From positions 1-45,391 of the IMG/VR virus record IMGVR_UViG_2778261297_000007: a stretch of 45,391 bases of DNA; one strand, given 5' to 3'. A program made the position numbers and the translations under genes. The notes under the pieces were generated by a model that was not told the origin of the DNA, ran no database searches, and saw nothing but the letters and a program-made list of their open reading frames with translations. Below are positions 1 through 8,708 of the stretch, one piece after another (the stretch's first letter is position 1; each line of letters starts with the position of its first letter). Source of the stretch: a virus (lineage: Duplodnaviria > Heunggongvirae > Uroviricota > Caudoviricetes).

Positions 1-34
1 AACGTTCATCGATTATCTTGACGGAGGTGGTTCA

Positions 35-529
35 ATGTCGGTTACTGTAACAGTTGAAAAAGTAGGGGCGGCATTTGCATTGATCAAATGCCACCATAGG
101 CCTGAAGCAGAATATGAATTTACTGGTGAGTTTCTCGGGCTTTCACACGAGCTGAAGTTTGCAGGGAAGAATTTACGAGAACTGAGAGAAACTGGCTGTT
201 CTATTTATGGAATTTATCAGGATGAATACGGCATGACCTTACTTCCTGATCATCCCGGCATTAAACTGGCCGAAATACTAGCGGTATCAAATATAGGACT
301 GAATAAATTTTCGGTTTACATGGGATGTCGCGAGCAAGAGATAGTTGAATTGTTGAACGGTTCAGTTTCACTGACGAAAGCTATGGCACTCCGATTATCG
401 CATGTAGTCGGTGGAAGTTGGTCGAAGTGGATGTTAATTCAAGAGCAGTTTGAATTACAGTTGGCACAACGAGAGATTAAAGAATTAATGATTTTGACTA
501 ATATCGGGGATGAGGTCGTTGGATTATAG
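35..529 (+). CDS. HigA-like HTH (XRE-family) DNA-binding protein with ~60-aa N-terminal extension
   Basis: C-terminal half (HPGIKLAEIL...LTKAMALRLSHVVGGSWSKWMLIQEQFELQLAQ) matches the HigA-type antitoxin HTH pattern; GGAGG RBS 8 nt upstream of ATG. Confidence 0.5.
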   Translation: MSVTVTVEKVGAAFALIKCHHRPEAEYEFTGEFLGLSHELKFAGKNLRELRETGCSIYGIYQDEYGMTLLPDHPGIKLAEILAVSNIGLNKFSVYMGCREQEIVELLNGSVSLTKAMALRLSHVVGGSWSKWMLIQEQFELQLAQREIKELMILTNIGDEVVGL

Positions 530-601
530 TAAAACAACCATCTTTAACTGATGGGTTTGGCCTTTCCATCCATAAGAAAGGCCATTGCTGTAAAAAATAA
601 A

Positions 602-1228
602 TTACCCGCGACTGCAGCCGAAATTACGGTCCCCATCACCGACTATTTTAGTTCTTACTTTGGTCATGTAATCCACCCTGTTCATCAAATCGCTATAAGT
701 CTGCTCAAAGTTGTCCCTTTTACGATTTAGGAGATATTTTCCATTTGATGGGTAATTAACTAGCTTCCCAGAGTCATCTATCGGGATGCCAAGTGCACTG
801 TACCAGGCTGTTGTTATCATTGTACGTAACGTGTTACGCTTTAAGTCATAATCCCCCAAATGATAATAAGCATCCTGATTGAAACACAATATCAGATGGT
901 AATGCCGTTTTCCATTTTTGGTATATTCTCGGACCCATGCGTAACGTAAGGTTGAATGTCGGGTATCAGGCCAGTCTTTTCGTTGAGTTTTAATATGCTT
1001 ATCGTGTTCAAGCTTTGCTTTTAACGCACTGGTAAAGCGAGATATAGCACCAGAGTCAACTCTGGGTTGAAAGAATGGGTTATCCATATTTTCTGTATCA
1101 ATTGGATCATGCAGATCAACACGAAGAATCATTGAGTTAGGATGTTCGTTGAGGGAGTCATCAATAACCTGTTGTATTCTATCCCGATATAGGGATACGT
1201 GTGATCCGAATTCACTATCGTATGTCAT
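602..1228 (-). CDS. Gp2/YfjJ-like family protein (inovirus Gp2-type, island core)
   Basis: 208-aa ORF with HYHLILCF motif; size and position downstream of the DUF3987 gene as in CP4-57-type islands (recalled family resemblance, not searched). Confidence 0.4.
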   Translation of the reverse strand: MTYDSEFGSHVSLYRDRIQQVIDDSLNEHPNSMILRVDLHDPIDTENMDNPFFQPRVDSGAISRFTSALKAKLEHDKHIKTQRKDWPDTRHSTLRYAWVREYTKNGKRHYHLILCFNQDAYYHLGDYDLKRNTLRTMITTAWYSALGIPIDDSGKLVNYPSNGKYLLNRKRDNFEQTYSDLMNRVDYMTKVRTKIVGDGDRNFGCSRG

Positions 1229-1358
1229 ATTGTATCCTATTTATTGATATTGGTGTAGGTAATATATACAATATATATTACCTATCATGATAACAAACTA
1301 TTAGCCGGACTGGGCTCGGTGTTTGTTTTTACTCCTGAATTAAAATCATTTGTTATCA

Positions 1359-2774
1359 TCAAAGCTCGGGGTTTAAACCAGCTATGGTTATCAATGTGGT
1401 TTTGCCTTTCTTTGCCACTAGTATTCTATTTTGAGAGTACAACATACCGAGTAATTCATTTGCTTTACTACGCTTTCTAAATTTATTAGGACCATATTGG
1501 AGAACAGTATTTTTAGTAATGTAAGGTACAACAAGGCGGTTACAATGATTTTTTATCCACCAATAAAGCTCATCCGCCTCCGAGATTGCGGGCGTTAATT
1601 CCTGAGGTTTAGAAAATATGTGGATGTACTCATTAACATACCAGGTAGTTATCTTCACAGCATCTTCGACTGCAGAAAGAGATATATCTCCATCATTGCC
1701 ATTAAAATAATGCAGCAGAGAGGCCACTCTGGCCATATTTTCTGCGACCTTAGATGCATAGTCTCTAAAATCTGATAAGGTGCCGAGTAAGCCCATATCT
1801 GACTCCACCTTGTTATAAAATTCGATCCAGCGATTTTCTGCTTCTACAGAAAATCGCAGGCAAAGACGATCATTTTGATTATCTCTGGCAATACTTTCGT
1901 TAACTATCTCCATCAGTCGTTGATGGAATACCGGCAAATGTTCGCTTGAAACAACGGGGCTGGAGATTCTTCTGGAACCTTGCTTTGAATCAGGCTGGCA
2001 TATGAGACATCGAGCGAAAAAACCGATCCCTTTGGCTGTATCGCCTTTACGTTGCAGATAACCTTTAAACACATCAGGCTGAACCATAAGTGCTAGCGTC
2101 AGTCTGGCATCTCTGATTAATTTCTCTGGCTCACTTTTCCTTTCCACTGAAAATGTTGCGCCATCCCACATTTTGTTGATGAAAGGCAGTTCGTTCAGCG
2201 TGTAACCGTTAAAAATAGTGCCAGCCTCATCAGACATGATACCGATAGATCGCCAATAACCACAGAGGTAATCTTTAATAGCCGCAGGAGTGGCATCATT
2301 AAATATCTGCTTGAACCTGATCGGTGGTTGCTGGTGCGACGCCAACAGCGCTTTAAGTTGTTCATTTGTCGCCAGATGATCTTTGTTACGGCGAATATCT
2401 GATTTGAGTTTTGACATCAGTGCTTTTCTTTCAAAATTAAAAATTTCTTCATCACTTCGCCAGGTATTAAGAGCATGCGTGTACTTATCAAATAATTCTT
2501 CCTCCAGTTGATATAATGGCTTCATCAGCATTTTATCAACCGTACTTTTCCGTTCGCCAGATTCTGCAAGTGTCAGCAAGTAAAGTGATACTGGGCTACG
2601 TAGATTAGTAAGTCGACAAACATCAATCCGGTTCTGACAGGCAAGAGATATTACCCCAAGAGCAGAAGCAGCAATCAAACCTTGAGGGGCCTGCGTATGC
2701 TGTTCCACTTCATAAATTGCATTTCTGATAATCTGAGGGAACGCATTTACAGGAAAAGGATGACCGTTAAACAT
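1359..2774 (-). CDS. DUF3987 (YfjI-like) primase-like island protein
   Basis: 471-aa ORF directly downstream of alpA on the same strand; size and context match YfjI/DUF3987 proteins of P4-integrase islands. Confidence 0.45.
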   Translation of the reverse strand: MFNGHPFPVNAFPQIIRNAIYEVEQHTQAPQGLIAASALGVISLACQNRIDVCRLTNLRSPVSLYLLTLAESGERKSTVDKMLMKPLYQLEEELFDKYTHALNTWRSDEEIFNFERKALMSKLKSDIRRNKDHLATNEQLKALLASHQQPPIRFKQIFNDATPAAIKDYLCGYWRSIGIMSDEAGTIFNGYTLNELPFINKMWDGATFSVERKSEPEKLIRDARLTLALMVQPDVFKGYLQRKGDTAKGIGFFARCLICQPDSKQGSRRISSPVVSSEHLPVFHQRLMEIVNESIARDNQNDRLCLRFSVEAENRWIEFYNKVESDMGLLGTLSDFRDYASKVAENMARVASLLHYFNGNDGDISLSAVEDAVKITTWYVNEYIHIFSKPQELTPAISEADELYWWIKNHCNRLVVPYITKNTVLQYGPNKFRKRSKANELLGMLYSQNRILVAKKGKTTLITIAGLNPEL

Positions 2775-2900
2775 ATAATACCTCTAATACAATTCACGTT
2801 AAAAAATTCTGCGCAAGTTGTTATTCCGCTATTAATAGCAGAAATAGCAGGATGAAATAACTCTAATTACAACATTTTGAATGTATGTTAGGTAATTACT

Positions 2901-3113
2901 TCAAATAAGTTTGCTGCGTTGCGATAGCCATTCATCAATCTCTGATTCAACCCATCCAACAGATTTCACTCCGAGCATTCGCTTTTTGGGGAAGGAAGCG
3001 TCGTAACGCGGTGATTTGGGGTTCAACCAGTCGTAGATTGTTGCCCTTGCCATACCAGTTTTTTGGATTACCGTAGGTAAGCGGAGTATCCTAACGGTTG
3101 ATGGATTGTTCAT
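2901..3113 (-). CDS. alpA: AlpA-family transcriptional regulator
   Basis: 70-aa protein with the characteristic AlpA motif (ILRLPTVIQKTGMARATIYDWL...); located near a P4-type integrase. Confidence 0.8.
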   Translation of the reverse strand: MNNPSTVRILRLPTVIQKTGMARATIYDWLNPKSPRYDASFPKKRMLGVKSVGWVESEIDEWLSQRSKLI

Positions 3114-3238
3114 GCTTGATTGCCTCTCGTTAGTTCATTTTGGTTGTAGAAAGATTAGCGGCAAGCATTAATGCAAAAAATCCGCGTACCAAAAATACAT
3201 TTTTTACAACACTTAACTAATTGATATTTGGTGTTTTT

Positions 3239-3841
3239 ATGTTGACAGCGATTGAGTTTTGCGAAGAAATTAGTCAAAAATCGGTTTGTCTTTCTGGGCA
3301 GATGGTCGAATGTGATTGGGACATATACATTGATATGCTCAGCGAAAGTTATCCTGCGATACTGAAGGAACTAAGCGAAATGCGAGATCAGTTCTGGAAT
3401 TCTGATAAGGTAGGAACACGTGTGGTTTTGTATAGTGCTCCATCTCATGAAGAGTATAAATATTGTACTGGTGACAGAGTGGGTCAATTAATAGAGGAAT
3501 ATGCTGAATTATATGATCCAGTTCAGGAATGCTGGAAAGAGTTAAAGTCACGTATTTTCAGGGGAACATTTTCTCATCTTATTCAGGATCCTTTTTTAAT
3601 TAATGATGTGTTTAAATCACATCTATTTTTTGCCTCGATGTCTTATCAATGGGGAAAATCAGTTATGTCAGAGAATGAGTGTGTTGCTATTAAAGCATTC
3701 ATTAAATCTTCTGAATTATTTGATAGATGTATTGGTATGTCATGGTTTCATGTTTCTGTATGTGCTCAAAAAAATTATCCCATGTTAGAGCTAAAGCCGG
3801 AAAACAAGGTGGGAGCAGTAAAGCGGAAGTATATCGAGTAA
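3239..3841 (+). CDS. Hypothetical cargo protein (unknown function), AT-rich
   Basis: Open frame opposite to int/alpA; ATG at 3239 preferred over TTG at 3221; no recognisable domain; low GC relative to flanks. Confidence 0.4.
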   Translation: MLTAIEFCEEISQKSVCLSGQMVECDWDIYIDMLSESYPAILKELSEMRDQFWNSDKVGTRVVLYSAPSHEEYKYCTGDRVGQLIEEYAELYDPVQECWKELKSRIFRGTFSHLIQDPFLINDVFKSHLFFASMSYQWGKSVMSENECVAIKAFIKSSELFDRCIGMSWFHVSVCAQKNYPMLELKPENKVGAVKRKYIE

Positions 3842-4116
3842 TTCAAGATAAACTTGTTTATTTGATCAATGAATCTGTTCCTGAAGGTGGGTGGAAAAGT
3901 AAAGCAGCTGCGGTAAATGCTCTCATTGATCCTTTGTGGGACTTTATTAAAGAGTCAAATTTTGACATTAATAATGAAAGTAAAAAATATCGTATCGCAA
4001 CAATGAGCCAAGATGCTTTGGAAGATACTATTATTAAAAACTGGTCAAGAAATATTGAAAGTATCAAATTGGCTTTAGATAATACAGTTGCTAGAAAAAA
4101 GAAAGTCACAGGATAA
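3727..4116 (+). CDS. Hypothetical cargo protein 2 (frame -1 relative to upstream ORF; possible frameshifted continuation)
   Basis: ORF in a different frame overlapping 3727-3841 of the upstream ORF with no good independent start after 3841; may be a single gene interrupted by a frameshift or two overlapping genes. Confidence 0.3.
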   Translation: MYWYVMVSCFCMCSKKLSHVRAKAGKQGGSSKAEVYRVIQDKLVYLINESVPEGGWKSKAAAVNALIDPLWDFIKESNFDINNESKKYRIATMSQDALEDTIIKNWSRNIESIKLALDNTVARKKKVTG

Positions 4117-4142
4117 AAGCCCGTATTATTAATAGTTGAATT

Positions 4143-4167
4143 ATCAGCACCCATTATGGGTGCTGAT
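4143..4167. terminator. Bidirectional hairpin between convergent cargo gene and integrase
   Basis: Perfect inverted repeat atcagcaccc-attat-gggtgctgat located between the stop of the + cargo ORF and the stop of the - integrase. Confidence 0.4.
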
Positions 4168-4174
4168 AAAGGAT

Positions 4175-5416
4175 TCATCCCACAAGCCGTATTCCCCTAA
4201 CCCCACTATTAACGATACTGCCGCTATCTGCTGCTTTTACAAAATCAGCCCACCATTGCATCATCGGACGACGTTGCTCAAGATAATCACTGCGGTTATA
4301 AGCGCGACGCACCTCATTTTTGTCTACATGAGCAAGCGCTGCTTCAATGACATCAGGTGGAAATCCTTCCTCATTGAGTGCCGTACTGGCGATAGAACGC
4401 AAGCCGTGTGAAACAAGTACACCTCCTAAGCCAGCACGCTTGAGTGCTGCATTCACTGTTTGGCTATTCATTGGTTGGTTGGGCTTGATACGGCTAGGAA
4501 AGATAAATTCTCGGCCACCACTGAGAGGCTTCATCATTTCCAGAATAGCAAGAGCCCCATCAGATAGTGGAACCGTATGGTCCCGGTTCATCTTCATTCG
4601 AGCTGCAGGAATTTTCCATTCGCTAGCATTGAAATCGATCTCATCCCATCGAGCCTCAGCAGCTTCGGCAGGGCGGGTGATGGTTAGAAGTTGCCACATG
4701 AACAGGCATCGTGTGGACAGGCTGATACTTGCCGTGCGCATAGTCTGCATTAATTGTGGAAGTTGATCCGGGCGGATACTAGGCATGTTTTTCTTCTGCG
4801 GTTTCTCGAATGCTTTCCCGATGTTAACGCTGGGAACAGCATCAATTAGGCCTGTGTTCTGAGCATAAATCATGACTTCGTTAATACGCTGACAAAGGCG
4901 GCGAACAGTCTCTAATGCACCTCTGGCCTGAACCGGCTGCACTGCTTTAACCAGAGTATGAGCCTTAATCTCGGTGACACTGATATCACCGATTGCTGGG
5001 AAAACATCTCTCTCAAGCGAGCGCCAGATATCATCGGCATAGTCCTCTGTTACGCTGGCTTTCTTCACATTCCACCAACGCTCGGCAACTAACAGGAAAG
5101 TGTTGGTTTTAGCCTCTTGAGAATTTCTAACCTGCTCTTTCTGATGTTCCTGAGGATCAATGTCTTTCGCCAATAAAACTCGAGATTCAGCTCTGAGTTT
5201 ACGCGCATCAGAAAGGGAGACAGCAGGGTAGGCTCCGAAGCTTTGCTTGGTTCGCTGTTTTGTCAGAGGTCGATAGTAACGGAATTGCCAGAGCTTACTA
5301 CCACTGGACTTGATTAACAGAGTAAGCCCGTCACCATCATATAGCTGGTAATCGGCATCTTTAGGTTTGGCGGCTTTGATTTCCGTATCGGTTAACGGCT
5401 TGGTTTTTCTTGCCAT
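4175..5416 (-). CDS. int: Tyrosine site-specific integrase, P4-type (IntA/SlpA-like)
   Basis: Begins MARKTKPLTDTEIKAAKPKDADYQLYDGDGL (typical P4-family N-terminus); C-terminal catalytic region with R..H..R..Y-type motifs; adjacent to tmRNA 3'-end repeat. ATG at 5416 preferred over the upstream extension to 5452. Confidence 0.85.
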   Translation of the reverse strand: MARKTKPLTDTEIKAAKPKDADYQLYDGDGLTLLIKSSGSKLWQFRYYRPLTKQRTKQSFGAYPAVSLSDARKLRAESRVLLAKDIDPQEHQKEQVRNSQEAKTNTFLLVAERWWNVKKASVTEDYADDIWRSLERDVFPAIGDISVTEIKAHTLVKAVQPVQARGALETVRRLCQRINEVMIYAQNTGLIDAVPSVNIGKAFEKPQKKNMPSIRPDQLPQLMQTMRTASISLSTRCLFMWQLLTITRPAEAAEARWDEIDFNASEWKIPAARMKMNRDHTVPLSDGALAILEMMKPLSGGREFIFPSRIKPNQPMNSQTVNAALKRAGLGGVLVSHGLRSIASTALNEEGFPPDVIEAALAHVDKNEVRRAYNRSDYLEQRRPMMQWWADFVKAADSGSIVNSGVRGIRLVG

Positions 5417-5437
5417 GGGGAGTCTCCATGCGTTTAG

Positions 5438-5472
5438 GCCCAACGAAAACAATAGAGCTTTTCGTTGGGCCT
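5438..5472. promoter_or_regulatory. 13-bp-stem palindrome upstream of the integrase start
   Basis: ggcccaacgaaaa-caatagagc-ttttcgttgggcc, flanked by further tttaggcc/ggcctaaa symmetry; lies 20-55 bp upstream of the int ATG. Confidence 0.35.
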
Positions 5473-5540
5473 ATCAATGGGCCTAAAAGGTTCGGATTTA
5501 ATTAGTTCTCTTCGGACTTCGCGGGACAAAGTGAGGGCAC

Positions 5541-5572
5541 AAAAAAGCCCGCAGGGCTTGCGCCGTGCGGGC
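5541..5572 (-). terminator. Rho-independent terminator downstream of the tmRNA 3' fragment (minus strand)
   Basis: GC-rich hairpin gcccgca...tgcgggc followed on the minus strand by a T6 run. Confidence 0.5.
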
Positions 5573-5619
5573 TCTTAGGACTTCATCGGATGACTCTGGT
5601 AATCACCGATGGAGAATTT

Positions 5620-5654
5620 TGGTGGAGCTGGCGGGAGTTGAACCCGTGTCCGAA
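5620..5654 (-). repeat. att core: duplicated 3' end of tmRNA (direct repeat of 44332-44366)
   Basis: tggtggagctggcgggagttgaacccgTgtccgaa matches the intact ssrA 3' end at 44332-44366 with one mismatch; similarity stops immediately beyond. Confidence 0.75.
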
Positions 5655-5778
5655 TAATGCTTAACCTATTGAATATTAATGTTTTGTCTTTTTTGAAAGG
5701 CCTCAAGTGCATTTTACGTGCATATCGTGGTCCCTCTAACGTCCTGATTCCGTCCAACATTTTGAAATACTCACGACG

Positions 5779-6951
5779 CTACAGAGCTGCTGAAATGGCG
5801 GTTTTCCCGTCGTATTCAGCCAGGTATTTACCGTAATTGCGGAACAGCATTTCCGGCCCTTTATGCCCCATCTGCCCGGCAAGCCAGAAAAGGTTTACGC
5901 CCTGGCTAATGTGTCTGGTGGCGAATGTGTGGCGGGTCTGGTACGGGTTACGGTATCGAACGCCAGCTTTTTTGAGGGTTGGCACCCATGCTTTTTTTCG
6001 TATTGCGTCGGCGTTCGCCCAGGGCTCTCCCGTTTTAGGGTCGCTGAAAATAAACTCGCTTTTCATGAAAGTGAATTGTTTCTGCGCCTGCAGCGCGGCC
6101 AGCGCCTCGCTGTTTAATTCTACTTTACGGGTACCGGCTTTTGTTTTGGTGCCTTTCAGAACGCCAACAACACTCGCCGCCTGAACGTGAGCTGTTTTAG
6201 CGATATTGTCGAGATCAGGCCAGCGCAACGCACACAGCTCAGAGCTGCGTAAACCTGTATTGAATGCGAAACGGAACAGGTTTTCCCATTCCGGATAACT
6301 GCAGCTCTGGTAAATGGCGCTGATTTCCGCTGGTGTGAACGGATCAACTTCGTAATCGTCACTATTCGGGCTGCTGTCGATCACGTGGTACCGACTCGCG
6401 CTGACAAGGGTTACCGGGTTGATAGTCAGCAGGCCGTCTGTCACCGCTTCATCTATGGCGCTGCGCAGAAACGAGAGGTTATTCCTGATTGTTTTCAGCT
6501 TTGTTTTTCTGCTGGCGATCCAGTTTTTGAGGACCGCAGGGGTCAGTTCCGATACATGCATTTTGTGCAGCGCAGATAGCGCAGACAGGCACTTTTCATA
6601 ACCGCCAATAGTGGACGGCGAAAGGTTGCGGTTCTGGCAGATTTTCAGATACTCGTCCAGGTAGGACTTAATATTTTTGGTTTTCTTCACTACCCCGAAC
6701 AGCTCCAGTTTTTTGGAGGTGGGGAAGTATTTCGCATAATCGAATGTGCCGCCGGCGATCTGATTCTGTATCTCCCCCAGCAGGCGCTCGGCATACTTCA
6801 CGCCGCGCGCGTTTGCTTCCATTCTGGAAAGGGGCTCCCGGCAGAGAACCCCCTTGTAGGTGAATGTGATCACCAGGGTGTCGCCAGTTTTATGCTGGCG
6901 AATGGTTACTCCTCTTGGGAGAGATAATGATCCTTGTTCTTTCTTGCCCAC
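5779..6951 (-). CDS. int: Phage tyrosine integrase
   Basis: 390-aa ORF with C-terminal tyrosine-recombinase region (...RHTFATRHISQGVNLFWLAGQMGHKGPEMLFRNYGKYL); adjacent to att repeat and followed by an excisionase-like gene. Confidence 0.85.
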   Translation of the reverse strand: MGKKEQGSLSLPRGVTIRQHKTGDTLVITFTYKGVLCREPLSRMEANARGVKYAERLLGEIQNQIAGGTFDYAKYFPTSKKLELFGVVKKTKNIKSYLDEYLKICQNRNLSPSTIGGYEKCLSALSALHKMHVSELTPAVLKNWIASRKTKLKTIRNNLSFLRSAIDEAVTDGLLTINPVTLVSASRYHVIDSSPNSDDYEVDPFTPAEISAIYQSCSYPEWENLFRFAFNTGLRSSELCALRWPDLDNIAKTAHVQAASVVGVLKGTKTKAGTRKVELNSEALAALQAQKQFTFMKSEFIFSDPKTGEPWANADAIRKKAWVPTLKKAGVRYRNPYQTRHTFATRHISQGVNLFWLAGQMGHKGPEMLFRNYGKYLAEYDGKTAISAAL

Positions 6952-7115
6952 TTTGAAACCTCCGTTAAGTCTATCCAGCGTTCTTTAACGCCATCGACTT
7001 TTAATACATGGACACCCTCTTTCCATAACCCCCTTTGTATCCGTTTGTTAACGGCTTCAACCGTTTCTCCGGCGTCCCGGCAGTAGGTTGAAAGTGGTAC
7101 GCAATCAAGACTCAT
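6906..7115 (-). CDS. xis: Excisionase-like protein
   Basis: Small basic protein (MSLDCVPLSTYCRDAGETVEAVNKRIQRGLWKEGVHVLKVDGVKERWIDL...) immediately upstream of int and overlapping its start; start chosen at the internal ATG 7115. Confidence 0.6.
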   Translation of the reverse strand: MSLDCVPLSTYCRDAGETVEAVNKRIQRGLWKEGVHVLKVDGVKERWIDLTEVSKWARKNKDHYLSQEE

Positions 7116-7389
7116 GACCGACCTCCCGCCCGAATGCCTGGGCATTTTCCAGTTCATTTGCCGCATAGATAAGTGCGTTGTGGTGCGCTCTAAAACCGCC
7201 ATCAAGTTCGCTGGCCGCTCTCTTGCGCAAAAAATCGATTGCAGCCTGATAGTCTTCACTGGCTGGCAAATCTCCCACGAGCATCAGCATGTTTTCCGGG
7301 TCGACAGGGATGGTGGTGAGCCCCAGCTGCTTGGCCTTCGTTGCCAGACGGGTCCAACGCTTAATAATTTCTGAAACTGGCTTATTCAT
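7105..7389 (-). CDS. Hypothetical early protein
   Basis: 94-aa ORF with RBS; overlaps the xis start by a few nt (operon-like packing). Confidence 0.4.
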   Translation of the reverse strand: MNKPVSEIIKRWTRLATKAKQLGLTTIPVDPENMLMLVGDLPASEDYQAAIDFLRKRAASELDGGFRAHHNALIYAANELENAQAFGREVGHES

Positions 7390-7400
7390 GGAGCGCCTCG

Positions 7401-7496
7401 CTACCTCACCAAAAATTTATATTCAATCAGCGCGCCGATAACGGTGGCCGCCAGTAGCAGGGAAACAATGATGCTGAAAGTGAAGGGCTTCATCAT
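7401..7496 (-). CDS. Small hydrophobic peptide (31 aa, single predicted TM helix)
   Basis: MMKPFTFSIIVSLLLAATVIGALIEYKFLVR with AGGGG RBS; below the ORF-track size cutoff, found by manual translation. Confidence 0.3.
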   Translation of the reverse strand: MMKPFTFSIIVSLLLAATVIGALIEYKFLVR

Positions 7497-7906
7497 TTCA
7501 CCCCTGCTGGTTTGATGGCCTGCAGTGCATCAACCTCTTTAACGAATCGGTCATGCATCGCGTCCCATTTCTCACACCATTTCTCCATTTCTCGCTTGCG
7601 CGCCAGGATGCGACGCAGACGGCGAACACAACGCTGGTGGGCGGCCAGATACTCAGCCTTTGTTTCCCCGTCTCGCCATACTTCCCTGTCATCGCGATCA
7701 ATACGCACCCGCGGGTGACGCTGCGCAAAACCTGAACGCTCAAAAGCCTCGGTGGTCATGAAGAAAGCCAGATAGCGGATCGCCGTATCTCGCGTGAAGC
7801 ATTTTTTGATACGACCGTGGCGTACTGCCACGAACAGTGGGCCAACTGGCGTATCGTGTTTCTGTAATGCCAGGTCAATCATGCTTACGGTGCGCTTATC
7901 GTTCAT
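7493..7906 (-). CDS. Hypothetical early protein
   Basis: 137-aa ORF in the early-left operon; no domain recognised. Confidence 0.4.
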   Translation of the reverse strand: MNDKRTVSMIDLALQKHDTPVGPLFVAVRHGRIKKCFTRDTAIRYLAFFMTTEAFERSGFAQRHPRVRIDRDDREVWRDGETKAEYLAAHQRCVRRLRRILARKREMEKWCEKWDAMHDRFVKEVDALQAIKPAGVK

Positions 7907-8124
7907 TTCCGGTCCTTAACTTTGCTGTATCGTTCGTGACTCATTACTTCCCAGTTCTTTCCGCCATCGCGGGAGAGTAGCCGCCAGCGGTGATTAACCT
8001 TGAGGCTCAAATTACCGGAGCCGTGCATACGGCAGGGGTGAATGCGCCTTGCTCTGAACTGGCTTAAAACGTGTGCTGCTTTGAGGTGAACCCACTCAGG
8101 AATTCGTATCGCTGTAAGTGCCAC
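7903..8124 (-). CDS. Hypothetical protein
   Basis: 73-aa ORF translationally coupled to neighbours. Confidence 0.3.
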   Translation of the reverse strand: MALTAIRIPEWVHLKAAHVLSQFRARRIHPCRMHGSGNLSLKVNHRWRLLSRDGGKNWEVMSHERYSKVKDRK

Positions 8125-8350
8125 CAGCTACCTCCTCAAATCTCAGCTCCATTTCGCGCGCCATTTCGATAAATGTGGCCAGTGAGCAAATGTGCTCGTC
8201 GTCGAACAACCGGCGGTCGCATATCACCCTCCCGTTCTCGATGTGCAGGACTACCCGCCCGGTAAAATCAGGGAGGACATGCAGATCCACGTTCAACACG
8301 GGGCGGGGGATCAGCACACCCTGATAGAGCATTGTTTGTTGGTCAGCCAT
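8096..8350 (-). CDS. Hypothetical protein
   Basis: Start placed at the internal ATG (MADQQTMLYQ...) preceded by a GGAG RBS. Confidence 0.35.
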   Translation of the reverse strand: MADQQTMLYQGVLIPRPVLNVDLHVLPDFTGRVVLHIENGRVICDRRLFDDEHICSLATFIEMAREMELRFEEVAGGTYSDTNS

Positions 8351-8708
8351 TGCCGATCTCCGCATTAACTGGTTTCTGCTTTTTGACGAACTCAACCAGC
8401 TCAGAAATGAGCTCGTCGATTAATTCCTTTCCGCTATTTGTGAGGAATTCACCGCTGCCATTAACATCAACAGAGCTGCTGTAAATCCCCTTAATAGCTT
8501 TTACACCTTCGACATTTCCGTACTCACTGATCGCGAGCCTTTCGAATTTTCGTAATAATCCATCGAGAAGAATCTCTGTTAACTCGACCGTGTTAATACC
8601 GCCTTTATTGAGCTTAATAACAAGGCAGTTACTGCCCGTTTTACGCTGGTGGCGTAATAACGCTGCCTTTAAAATTCGGCGGCGATATGTCTCGATTAAT
8701 TTATCCAT
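8343..8708 (-). CDS. Hypothetical protein (AT-rich)
   Basis: 121-aa ORF; no domain recognised. Confidence 0.4.
   Translation of the reverse strand: MDKLIETYRRRILKAALLRHQRKTGSNCLVIKLNKGGINTVELTEILLDGLLRKFERLAISEYGNVEGVKAIKGIYSSSVDVNGSGEFLTNSGKELIDELISELVEFVKKQKPVNAEIGNG

Larger units (their letters stand above)
1..5619. mobile_element. Partial CP4-57/PICI-like integrative island (integrase-proximal end; continues beyond window start)
   Basis: P4-type integrase next to a tmRNA 3'-end repeat, followed in the same orientation by AlpA, a DUF3987-like protein and a Gp2/YfjJ-like protein; AT-rich cargo between int and alpA. Confidence 0.6.

Noticed and set aside
3858-4178. 106-aa ORF on the - strand in the island cargo region
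   Set aside because: Antisense to the better-supported + strand cargo ORF; hydrophobic low-complexity translation of AT-rich DNA.
4347-4766. 139-aa ORF on the + strand
   Set aside because: Entirely antisense within the integrase gene; Pro/Ser/Arg-rich translation typical of a spurious frame in GC-rich coding DNA.
5575-5760. 61-aa ORF on the - strand
   Set aside because: Spans the tmRNA 3'-end repeat and the junction between the two elements; no RBS; most likely non-coding.
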